A DNA stretch of 64,000 nucleotides from Mobula hypostoma. Its lineage: Eukaryota. The position numbers and the translations under genes are program-made. Under the pieces are notes generated by a model that worked only from the letters and a program-made list of their open reading frames with translations, did no database searches and was not told the origin of the DNA. The stretch spans positions 12,338,001 to 12,402,000 of the forward strand of contig NC_086108.1 of NCBI RefSeq assembly GCF_963921235.1, given 5' to 3'. This document shows, piece by piece, positions 1-10,604 of this stretch (its first letter is position 1; each line of letters starts with the position of its first letter).

Positions 1-131
1 ATCATTGAAATGTTCCCACAACCTGTGGCCTCACTTTCATGGATTTACTGAGTATTCCCACAAGAAAATGAATCTCAGGGTTGTATATAATGACAGATAT
101 GTGCTTTGATAATGAAATTAAAATCTTTAAC
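1..131 (+). mobile_element. 3' UTR/tail of Rex1/Babar-like LINE (runs off window start)
   Basis: cattcccacaacc...gaatctcagggttgtatat...tgataat tail matches the 3' end of the Rex1-like copy at 5430-6095. Confidence 0.65.
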
Positions 132-179
132 TGTGTGTTGTTGAAAGAGGCCAAGATAAGCTGAGAGGCTGATTGAGCT

Positions 180-555
180 TAAGATCATAAGATATAGGAG
201 CAGAATGAGTCCATTTGGCCCATCGAGTCTGCTCCACCATTTCATCATGGCTGATCCATTTCCCTCTCATCCCCAGTCTACCACTTTCTCCCTGTATCCC
301 TTCATGCCCTGACTAATCAAGAATCTATCAACCTCTGCCTTAAATATACCCAATGACTTGACCTCCACAGTCGCCTGTGGCAGCAAGGTCCACAGATCCA
401 CCACTCTCTGGCTGAAGAAATTCCTTCTCACCTCAGTTCTAAAAGGACTTCCTTCTACCCTAAGGCTGGTCCTCTGCTCTCAGACTACTCCAACTTCAGT
501 AACCTTCTCTCCTAATCTACTCTGTCGAGGGCTTTCAACATTCGATAGCTATAAG
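180..555 (-). mobile_element. CR1 LINE 3' fragment
   Basis: cataagatataggagcagaa...ggcccatcgagtctgctcc tail, and reverse complement of the RNFFSQRVVDLW-type ORF2 C-terminus shared with other CR1 copies in the window. Confidence 0.8.
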
Positions 556-1227
556 ACTTCAAAGAGGCATTCAGAGCAGAGAGCAGAGAGCTTCGGTGTG
601 CATGCTAAACAAGAAAGATATCTCCCTCTTAGTATGCACATACAGTTCTGATATTCATCTCAATGCTTCAGAACTGAGATAAACGATTGAGATGAAGGGA
701 GGATTTTTCTTTTTGCGATTTACACAAAACAGTAAGTGCAGACGCAGGAGATTTTCAGACCAGGCCTCTAAACATAACACAAAGCGAGGAGCATCAATTA
801 TTTATGGTGTTGGGCGTAATGTCTTGTTCCCAGAGCACTGTTTCCAAATTATAGTTTAAGCCACAAATCTATGGCTTACAACAAGTTTATTTTAAAACTA
901 CAGGCCAGGCGTTGCCAAGAGATACAACATTTGATTTCTGCACAGAACACAGGGCACTGTGAGTGATGAGGCAGGACATTGAAAACAATTTCTATGTGTC
1001 TTGCAATAACACAACACCTCTGCTTCTTTGAAATGCTTTGCATTTCAGTTAATCTAATTTAAAACATAAACTCTGTCATTATTTGGCCCATGAAAGCATC
1101 AGTTCTAAAGTAGCTTGGGTAGTTAAATGTGGGCCTGGCTGCTGTCCTGCCTCTCTGGGCTATTGTGTTGGTGATGTTGTTCTCAAAATGTCTTACAATG
1201 ACCAAAAGGGGGGCCTTTCAGCCCCTA

Positions 1228-1785
1228 GACCATAGAACAGTACAGCACAGAAACAGGCCCTTGGGCCCACAGTGTTGTGCTGAATCAATTAAATTAGGAA
1301 TCAAATGGCTAACTAAACTAATCCCTTCTCCCTACAAATGTCCACATCTTTCCATTTCCTCATATCTACCTGGCTATATATATATCGGCATCCGTTAGTC
1401 TCATGAGACCATGGATTTGCACCTTGGAAGGTTTCCAGGGTGCAGGCCTGGGCAAGGTTGTATGGAAGACCGGCAGTTGCCCATGCTGCAAGTCTCCCCT
1501 CTCCATGTCACCGATGTTGTCCAAGGGAAGGGCACTAGGACCCATACAGCTTGGCACCGGTGTCGTTGCAGAGCAATGTGTGGTTTAATGCCTTGCTCAA
1601 GGACACACACGCTGCCCCAGCCAAGGCTCGAACTAGCGACCTTCAAATCACTAGACAAATGCCTTAACCACTTGGCCACGTGCCAACACAACATCTGGCT
1701 ATCTAAAGGTCTTTTAAAAGACTCTACCACCACCACAGGCAACAAGTTCCACAAACACAAATCTCTGTGTATAAAAAAGGTTTTT
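1228..1785 (-). mobile_element. CR1 3' end fragment, split by a SINE
   Basis: catagaacagtacagcacagaaacaggccc tail; CR1-like sequence resumes at 1695 after the insert. Confidence 0.6.
1378..1694 (-). mobile_element. tRNA-derived SINE (CORE-like body, (TA)n tail)
   Basis: Minus strand has A-box TGGCCAAGTGG, B-box-like AGTTCGAGCC and GTGTCCTTGAGCAAGGCA core; ends in ATATATAT; 8-bp TSD CTGGCTAT at 1370-1377 and 1695-1702. Confidence 0.8.
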
Positions 1786-1827
1786 GCAGACCCAATTTAT
1801 TCTTCCTTTCTCATGTCTCTCTTATCT

Positions 1828-2067
1828 CTTCAAGGTGGCTGGAGTCCTGTCGGAGTCCATGATCTACAGCTACAGCTCAAACTTCGGTTCTCCGCCATAT
1901 GGCCTGACTTTTTGATAACTGCAGGTGCAATCTGGAAGACGTATGCCTTCAAAGAGTGGCCCATGGATGACCTGGGTCCTCGCCAGAAGGAGTATTGTGG
2001 GAGACTGAAGCATCGAGGCAGCAGGAGGTGTGCATTGCTGTCAGAAGAAGGTCCCTGCACATGAGTG

Positions 2068-2107
<40 letters not shown>

Positions 2108-2575
2108 TTTTGATAGTGAATGAGAGCTCGTCGGTCCTTGAGTTGGGGGACTCGGAGAAGCAATGTGACGTTGCTAGTCTCTCGGTCTTGCTCGTTGCAG
2201 GAGCTGGTTCTTTCTCTCTCGCTGGAGAGAGAGAGCCTGGCTGAGATACTGAAGTTCTGGGTTGTGGACCAATGTTTTTGAATGACTCTAGATCAAAGGA
2301 GCTTTGCTATTGCTTGCATGGTGGGGCAGCTGAGGGGGTGCGTCTGTGTTTTTCTGGTGGAAGTGGGGGGGGAAGAAGGAGGGGAGAGGGGTAGGATGGA
2401 GGACCAATGCTTTTCCTACTATTTGTGCATGGAGGGGAGCAGTTTTGTGGTTCTAATGTTTCTGTCATTCATTCTTTGGGTTTTTTTCTGTTTTGTGGAT
2501 GTCTGCGAAGAGTAAGAATTTCAGGCTGTATACTGTATACATTCTCTGATATTAAATTGAACCACTTGATACATT
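1828..2575 (+). mobile_element. Non-coding interspersed repeat with Rex1-like 3' tail (family A)
   Basis: agagagagcctg-ctgagatac...gctttgctattgcttgcatg...gtggatgtctg-gaagagtaagaatttcagg...ctctgatattaaattgaacca recurs at 8150-8510, 16606-16950 (-) and 57060-57446; contains (CT)n at 2072-2104. Confidence 0.65.
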
Positions 2576-2784
2576 TAAATGCATACCCTTACTGAGTTAA
2601 TGTCAGCTCCCATCAGAGCTGTCCTATTAATCTCATATTCCCCTTCTCCTTATTTCCCTCTTGCTCTCCAAGTTTTATCAGTCATGTGTTTTTCACCTCC
2701 CCTTCACCAATTACCTCTACTTGGGGTAACCTGCAGTTTGCCAATCAGCCTACAAACACAGGATGTAACCAATGAAAAGCATCA

Positions 2785-3987
2785 TTTCCATGAGCGACCA
2801 ACACAGTCCGAGGATGTGCTGGAGGCTGCTGGCGAGTGTCGCCACACTGCCAGTGCAGGCATAGCTTGCCCAGAGCTTATCAACTGTAACCCCAACTCAT
2901 ATCAACTGTAACCCCTACTCTTATCAACTGTAACCCCAACTCTTATCAACTGTAACCCCAACTCATATCAACTGTAACCCCTACTCTTATCAACTGTAAC
3001 CCCAACTCTTATCAACTGTAACCCCAGCTCTTATCAACTGTAACCCCAACTCTTATCAACTGTAACCCCAACTCTTATCAACCGTAACCCCTACTCTTAT
3101 CAACTGTAACCCCAACTGTTATCAACTGTAACCCCAACTCTTATCAACTGTAACTCCTACTCTTATCAACTGTAACCCCAGCTCTTACCAACTGTAACCC
3201 CTACTCTTATCAACTGTAACCCCTACTCTTATCAACTGTGACCCCTACTCTTATCAACTGTAACCCCAGCTCTTACCAACTGTAACCCCTACTCTTATCA
3301 ACTGTAACCCCAACTCTTATCAACTGTAACCCCTACTCTTATCAACTGTGACCCCTAGTCTTATCAACTGTAGCCCTGACTCTTATCAACTGTAACCCCA
3401 ACTCTTATCAACTGTGACCCCTACTCTTATAAACTGCAAACCCTACTCTTATCAACTGTAACCCCTACTCTTATCAACTGTGACCCCTACATTTATCAAC
3501 TGTGACCCCAGCTCTTGTCAACTGTAACCCCTACTCTTATCAACTGTGACCCCTACTCTTATCAACTGTAACCCCAACTCTTATCAACTGTGACCCCTAG
3601 TCTTATCAACTGTAGCCCTGACTCTTATCAACTGTAACCCCAACTCTTATCAACTGTGACCCCTACTCTTATCAACTGTGACCCCTACTCTTATCAGCTG
3701 TAACCCCTACTCTTATCAACTGTAACCCCTAGTCTTATCAGCTGTAACCCCTACTCTTATCAACTGTAGCCACCAACTCTTATCAATTGTAACCCCAACT
3801 CTTATCAACTGTGACCAACTCTTTGGAATGTGGGAGGAAGCTGGAGCACCTGGAGCACGTGGCCTTGGGGGGAGTCCGGGGGTGGCGGGGAGGTACAAAC
3901 AAACTCCTTACAGTCAGCGGCAAGAACTGAACCCCAGTCACTGGCGCTGTAAAGCATTCGGTAACCATAATGCTATGATGTTTCCCT
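2785..3987 (-). mobile_element. HE1/V-SINE-like SINE with internal minisatellite expansion
   Basis: ctttggaatgtgggaggaag-ggagcacc...caaactccttacag...gaacccc...ctggcgctgtaaagc matches SINE copies at 8760-9047 and 38377-38642; the other part of the SINE lies at 2785-2875. Confidence 0.7.
2876..3822. repeat. 22-bp minisatellite (CTCTTATCAACTGTAACCCCAA), about 43 copies
   Basis: Direct periodicity (ctctt at 3006, 3028, 3050); occasional 23-bp variants. Confidence 0.97.
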
Positions 3988-4050
3988 TAGTGTGCTACCC
4001 AACTGCAGGTGACTCCCACATTCCAAAACAATGCACACAATATTTGTCAT

Positions 4051-4558
4051 GTCTGGTTCAGATTTACCACCATTGCCGTAAGAACAGATGGGGAGACAGG
4101 GGCATATCCAATTCAGATGTACCGCCATCAGCATAGGAACAGATGGAGAGACAGGGATGTATCTAGTTCAGATTTACCACCATCACCATAAGAACAGACG
4201 GGGAGACGGGGACGTATCTGGTTTAGATAGACTCCATCACCGCTCTAAGAACAGACAGGAGATGAGTGAATCCAGTTCAGACTTACCCCAACATCACCAT
4301 AAGAATGGACAGGGAGACGGGGCATATCCGGTTCAGATTTCCCCCCATCACCGCTGTAAGTCAGACAGGGAGACGGGGTGTATCTGGTTCAGATTTCCCC
4401 CCATCACCGCTGTAAGTCAGACAGGGAGACGGGGTGTATCTGGTTCAGATTTCCCCCCATCACTGCTGTAAGTCAGACGGGGAGACGGGGTGTATCTGGT
4501 TCAGATTTCCCCCCATCACCGCTGTAAGTCAGATGGGGAGACAGGGCATATCTGGTTC
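4051..4558. repeat. ~56-bp minisatellite, about 9 copies
   Basis: tatctggttcagatttccccccatcaccgctgtaagtcagacagggagacggggtg at 4381, 4437, 4493; more diverged copies toward the left. Confidence 0.92.
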
Positions 4559-5030
4559 TTCTCCTCTTGACTCTCCTTGCTGGATGTCCGTCCCAGCAAG
4601 CAAAAGTGGATAAACCAGATCAACAGCAAACTCAGCAACCTACTCTCTCCTCCAACTTGAAATGAAGTTTGTTTGTGGTTAAAAGCACCTAAAATTCTGA
4701 CCCCCTACTTCCCTGTGGCTTATTGTCTATGGATCTGTCTGTTGCCAGTGTGACAATGTACTTCTTGATCGCATCAGGACCTCATGGGTTGGTCCACCAG
4801 ACTTTCATCTACAACTTGGAATGGAGATTTCCTGATGGCCAGAGTCAGGAAGTGACCAACAGCTGACCCTGCCTTGGAATTGATGGCTCTGAACATTGTG
4901 ATCTGATTGCAGCCACAGTGTTTGAAGATCTTATTCTGGAGTTGTACCTGATCAGTGCCTCCATGTTACATCTTGATCCTAAAGGTCGATTTCATTATTA
5001 TACTGTGGCTTATATTGTGTTTATTTTCAG

Positions 5031-5093
5031 ACTGCAGTCTGTGAGCTGCCAAGAAATATAATGTGTGACGGCTGCATGGAATTCAGGGCACTA
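5031..5093 (+). other. Candidate 63-bp internal coding exon (TAVCELPRNIMCDGCMEFRAL), unassigned
   Basis: Acceptor tattgtgtttattttcag, donor gtgagt, length a multiple of 3, one frame open, non-repeat context; peptide not recognised. Confidence 0.25.
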
Positions 5094-5429
5094 GTGAGTG
5101 ATGCAGTGTGAATTTGTACTAACAGTACACGTGTATCTATAGCTGTATAGATCCCTATACATGTTTAAACTAGTGTAACACAGGGAGTTGGAAGTTTGCC
5201 TGTGGGGAGCTTCCCTTAGAATTTTCTAAAGATCTCAGCTGTCTTTCAATGATATATTGCTACCATGATCTCTGGAGACCTTCCAAATCTGTTCATTCAG
5301 GATCAGCAAAAAAACAAAGGCCCTTCAAAGCAGGGAGTATTACAGAATTACTCAGTATAAGGCTATAAATTTGACCGGACAAGCAATGTGAAGACTGGGA
5401 GGCAGAGAGAGCTGAAATGATGGAGAATC

Positions 5430-6095
5430 AGGCAAGGCAGGGCCTCTACTTCCGTTGGAGTCTGTGGAGATTTGGCATGATGTCTAAAACTTTGAAAAAC
5501 TTCTATAGATGTGCAGTGGAGAATATATTGACTGGCTGCATCACAGCCTGGTATGGAAACACCAATGCCTTTAAATGGAAAATCCTACAAATGTATATGT
5601 TCCAGTCCCTCATGAGTGAAGCCCTCCCAACCATTGCACACATTTACATGAAACACTCTCATAGAAAAGCAGCATCCATCATCAGAGATTCTCATCACCC
5701 AGGCCATGCTCTCTTCTCAATGCTGCCATCAGGTAAAAGGTACAGGAGTCCCAGGGTTCGCACCATCAGGTTCAAGAACATTCATACCCCTCAACCATCG
5801 GGCTCTTGAACAAAAGGGGATAGCTACACTCATTTGCCATGCATTGAGACATTCCCACAACCAATGATCTCACTTGAAGGACTCTTCTTTTCATTATCTC
5901 ATGTTCTCGTTATTTATTGCCGCTTACTTATATTTGCATTTGCACAGTTTCTGTCTTCTGCATTCTGGTTGACCTTTCATTGATCCTGTTATAGTTACTA
6001 TTCTGTAGATTTGCTGAGTATGTCTGCAGGAAAGTGAATCTCAGGGTTGTGTATCTATATATATATACACTGATAATAAATCTACTTTAAACTCT
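5430..6095 (+). mobile_element. Rex1/Babar-like LINE 3' fragment
   Basis: ORF 5417-5809 LKNFYRCAVENILTGCITAWYGN...IIRDSHHPGHALFSMLPSGKRYRS is the typical Rex1-clade C-terminus; 3' UTR ends tgataataaatctactttaaactctga. Confidence 0.85.
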
Positions 6096-6308
6096 GAGTT
6101 CTTTCCCATCCACATCACAACATCAGCTGCTTGAACAGGACCCCCGCACTGATGGGCTCTTATCTTTGGTGTTCATTATCCTTAATCACCCAGCTGATTG
6201 GTGAGAGCTCCACTCTTCGGAGACCGATGTGGCAAAGCTGAGGGTGGATTGTAACCTAGCTGGGGTAAAGCTTGCCAATAAAGTTAATGTTATGATTAGC
6301 AGTTACCG

Positions 6309-7172
6309 AAGTTCAAATTACATTTATCATCAAAGTATGTATACATTATACAACCCTGAGATTCATCTCCTTACAGGCAGCCACAACAACCAAAACAACC
6401 TATTTAAAAAAAGACCAACAAACACCCAATGCCCAGAGAGAAAAGAAAAACAAATCGTGCAAACAATAAAAGCAAGCAACAGCCTTCAGAACAAAAGTGA
6501 GTCCTCAGACATGAAGCCCAGAGCAGCCGAAGCAGACCCACAACCTCAGTCTCAGTTCAGTACCTAGCGGAGTACATATCACTGAGCCCAGAGACTAAAC
6601 CCCAGAGGAGCCTGGGCCTTGGCCTCAGTGCAGCGAGGAACAGAGTAAACGTCACGGAGCAGCGGGCAGCCTATCCTTGCCTCTTGTCCTGACACCCTGC
6701 CTTTTCAATCCACCTGGCCCAGCATTCAAATCACTCAAACACGAGGTCATTGCTTGCTATAAGACCCAGGCCCTGCTGCGTCGATACTGTCTGGGATCTG
6801 GGCCTGGACCCCACCTCCATATTTCGACCCGCACCCGAGCTTTCCACATTGGCTTGGCACTTAGATCAATTAAACCTTGCTCTCGGTTTAGGTGGTAGGG
6901 CCTCAAAACTGCCTCTCCTCGGCTCCAACATTGTGGTGCTCAACCTGAATTTCCTCAAACACAACTCAGCCTCACCCTGACTTTGCCTCGCACCCACACA
7001 CTTTGATCCTCGACTCGACCTCAACTTTACCCACTTCTGCATCATTTCTGGTGATCATTTACCATTAATTTTTATGGAAAAAAGTGTTATTAATAAAGTA
7101 TTTAGTGTATTTCTTGCTCTGTAAACCACCAGTAAATTGTTGCTTGCCTTCAGCAGTGTCATCTTCAACTAG
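6309..7172 (-). mobile_element. Non-coding element, AAGATGRC start and TTGAAC tail (family B)
   Basis: Homologous to 25985-26600; minus strand begins ctagttgaagatgacactgctg; 12-bp direct repeat AGTTAATGTTAT at 6282-6293 and 7173-7184. Confidence 0.65.
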
Positions 7173-7244
7173 AGTTAATGTTATAAGCCGTAGTTAACAC
7201 CCAGTGCAGTGACTGATGCTCTTTACAAAGGTCATAAGTCATAC

Positions 7245-7790
7245 GAGATCATAAGAAATAGGAGCAGGAGTCGGCCATCTGGCCCACCAAGCCTGCTCCG
7301 TCATTCAATAAGATCATGGCCGATCAGGCCATGGACTCATCTCCACTTACCTGCCTTTCCCTCATAACCCTTAATTCCCCTACTATGCAAAAACCAGTCC
7401 AACCTCATCTTAAATATATTTACTGAGGTAGCCTCCCTTGCTTCATTGGGCAGAGACCTCCACAGATTCACCACTCTCTGAGAAAATCAGTTCCTCCTCT
7501 TCTCCATCTTAAATCTACTTCCCTGAACCTTGAAGCTATGTCCCCTAGTCCTAGTCTCACCTACCAGTGGAAACAACTTTCCTGCCTCTATCTTATCAAT
7601 CCCTTTCATAATTTTATATGTTTCTATGAGATCTCCTCTCATTCTTCTGAATTCCAGTCCCAGGTGACTCAATCTCTCCTCATAGTCTAACTCCCTCATC
7701 TTTGGAATCAACCTGGTGAAATTCCTCTGCACCCCCTCCAAAGCCAGTATATCCTTCAAGCAAGGAAACCAGAAATGCACACAGTTACAG
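7245..7790 (-). mobile_element. CR1 LINE 3' fragment
   Basis: ORF 7487-7780 LEGVQRNFTRLIP...RRMRGDLIETYKIMKG...TRTRGHSFKV. Confidence 0.9.
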
Positions 7791-8149
7791 CATAATCTCC
7801 GTAAAGGAGCCAGTAATCATTCACTCTGCCTGCACCAGAAGCAACAATCTCTGAATGTTTCGTCACATGTCTGTGATCCCTTTTCAACAACTCCTGTCAG
7901 AGTTATTGAATTATACTGTGACAGAGTGAGGTAGGTGAGAGAATAGGGCATTAGGACGACCATTAGTTTTGGTTAGGCTGTCATCATCACCTATCATGAG
8001 TGTTAGAGGCAGGCTGTATGGTGATAGGGCAGAGACATTCCCTAATTGCCTGCTGAGACCATGTGGAATTTCTCCTCTCTAGATAGAGAAGGGCTATCGG
8101 CAGATCAGGAGACCTATGGGAAGTCATCAATCACTGTTGCTGTTGCAGG

Positions 8150-8510
8150 GGTGATCTCTCTCTCTCTTCCTCAGTGGGGGGGAGGGAGAGAGCCTGTCTG
8201 AGATACCGAAGTGCTGGGTTATGGACGATAGGTTCTGCTGATCTCTAGATCAAGCTCTCTTTGGGGGGCTTTTGCTATTGCTTGCATGTTGTGGGGGGGG
8301 GGTCGCTGCTACGGCTGGTGTAAATGGGTAGAGGGGAAGGGAAAGGGACAATGCTTCTGCTGCTGCTTGTGCATAGGCGTGGGTTTCTGATGTTTCTATC
8401 ATTCATTCTATCGGGTTTCTTGTTTTGTGGATGTCTGTGAAGAGCAAATATTCCAGGTTGTATACCGTATATATTCTCTGATATTAAATTGAACCATTTG
8501 AACTATTTGA
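8150..8510 (+). mobile_element. Family A repeat fragment
   Basis: Similarity to 2220-2575 including the tail ctctgatattaaattgaaccatttgaac. Confidence 0.7.
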
Positions 8511-8759
8511 TTTGGAAACAGAGCAACTGTGTGGCAAACATCTCTGAATATCACCCACTGAAGCCCCAGAGTGAGGGTGCCCCTGGAAGCAAGGGGTTAA
8601 TGGCATGGGACTTCTCCCAACAGGAACAGAGGCTAAGTGTTGAGCCAGCTGGGATCGGGCCTTTGGATGACATTCCCTCCAATGGATAGTCAAGTGAGCA
8701 ACTACCATTGTGAGGACTCTGCACCTGGGGTGGGTCAGAGGCAGGCGGCAATATCTGCC

Positions 8760-9047
8760 TTTATGATTTATTTACTTATTGATTTACAGCATGGAATAGC
8801 CCCTTCCGCCCCTTCGAGCAGCACAGCTCAGTAACCCCTGATTTAATGCTAGCTTAGTCACACGACAATTTTCAATGACCATTGAGCTTATCAGATGGCA
8901 GGTGGGAGGAAACCGTAGGACCAGGAGGAAATCCACATGGTCACGGGGAGAGCATGAAAACTCCTTGCAGGCATCAGCGGGAATTTTGAACCTGAGTCGC
9001 CGATACTGTAAAGCGTTGTGCTAACTGCTACACTACCGTGCTGCCCG
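8760..9047 (-). mobile_element. HE1/V-SINE-like tRNA-derived SINE
   Basis: gtgggaggaaaccg...gtcacggggagagc...gaacctg...ctgtaaagcgttgtgctaac...ccgtgctgccc; A/B-box-like head on minus strand. Confidence 0.8.
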
Positions 9048-9894
9048 AAGTCCAGTCATGTGGTAAAGATTACAGAGGCATGGAGAATGATTTTGCAGGC
9101 AGGCGGAGACCTGGGTCTGAGCAAAAGAAAATGTCATGATCAGAGATGTTCACTATTTGCACAGAATTTCTCCATCAGAGCACTTGCAAGATCAGCTCTG
9201 ATTAACCCACTGCCTTTTCTCCTCTGAGCTACTTGTCCATAATTTTTTTTCAATTATTTAAATGGCCATTGCTAATAACATGTGGAGATGGGGGGATTAA
9301 TCTGGAAGGAGTAATGACTCACCTCGACATGACTTTGGAGCAGTGTGTGTGTGTGTGCATGTGTGTTAATTAAACCGCTTTGCACGGTCACTGCCAGCTC
9401 CCTCGACAGACACCATCTCCAGTTGCTTAAAGAAACCAAATTAGTCTGGGAAGCAGATACATGACCAGTTTGTGATTTATTTTTATCCAAAGCACCGATC
9501 AAGAGATTCCTGGAATGAGACAGCATGAGGAACGTCTACAACAAAACTAGTGACGGGATACCTATTACGGTCAATTCTTCTGCTGTTTTAATTGCTTCTG
9601 ACAGATGGTCCTAGCTGTAATCCTGACCCCATCCACCTCCACAGGTCAGACAGCTTTGGCATTGTGAACGCATTTCATCAAGAAAGCAGCAGCAGCCTTT
9701 ACTAATTTAGTGAGCTGGTGTGGCAATTAGGTTGCTGGACCGGTACTTCCAAGACCTAAACAGATGAACAGGACATGAAATCCCACAAAGATTTCAGATA
9801 ATTCAGATAAGTGAATGAATCTAGAATGAAAAGGCCAGGCCGGTATGGATGAACACAAAACAGCTGGATTATGATTCCTTAAGGTGGATATAGT

Positions 9895-10230
9895 CAAGGG
9901 TTGGTAATGAGGACAAGCTCTCACTACCTATGAAATGCTCCCAGTGGCATGCATCTCAAATAGCCTCTGACAACCAAATCCAGCTCTTGGTGGTAATATC
10001 CACTCATAAAGAAGGTTCCCAGAGTAAACCCCGTGGGAAAAGTCTGGAATTCGAGTACCTGAGGCAGTCGTACATTGAATCCAACGCTTGCTGGCAACTC
10101 CTGTGACCCCGCTGGTGCCAAACTGCATTGGTATCTGTCATTCCTTTGGGCTCATCAGATGCATGGAGAGGAGGAGCTTGCTATACGGGCAATTGCATGC
10201 TCTTCATATTGTGTGTCAAGACACCTAGGA
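9895..10230 (+). mobile_element. Probable RTE-related element 5' fragment
   Basis: tctcaaatagcctctgac...gagtaaacccc...gaggcagtc...ggcaactcctg resembles RTE-type 5' regions recalled from fish genomes; single copy in window. Confidence 0.4.
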
Positions 10231-10604
10231 GCCAGACCATCAGCGGCCTCAATCTCAACTGTAAAATCTCACCTGGCAATGTTCCTGAAAGAAGGTACGT
10301 TGCTATCCTTCACTGACATAGCCTCATGACTACATTCATCAAGGTGGCTGGATGTTAACTGCATTCCCAAACAGACAAAAAGGCTGACAGGTACTGAAAG
10401 CTCTCATCCTGGGAAAGAATTAAGAAGTTGTTCATTACACTGAGCTGCAGGTCAGTTAATGAAAGGCAGGTAAAGCAGCCCAGTGGTGTTGCATGTGGAG
10501 AATGTACTGGATGCTCAGACACTGCCCATTCCATCCACTGATTTCCCACCATCCCAGCATTCACACTTCACCCAGTACCCACACTGAACCACATGCTCAC
10601 ACAG

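Noticed and set aside
1625..1690. tRNA gene (A and B boxes)
   Set aside because: It is the head of a SINE with body, tail and TSD; no complete cloverleaf seen
1411..2064. 217-aa ORF
   Set aside because: Runs across an antisense SINE, a CR1 fragment and a non-coding repeat; chance ORF
2876..3822. CRISPR-like or telomeric array
   Set aside because: Units are contiguous with no unique spacers and no cas genes; TAACCC occurs once per 22-bp unit, not as (TTAGGG)n
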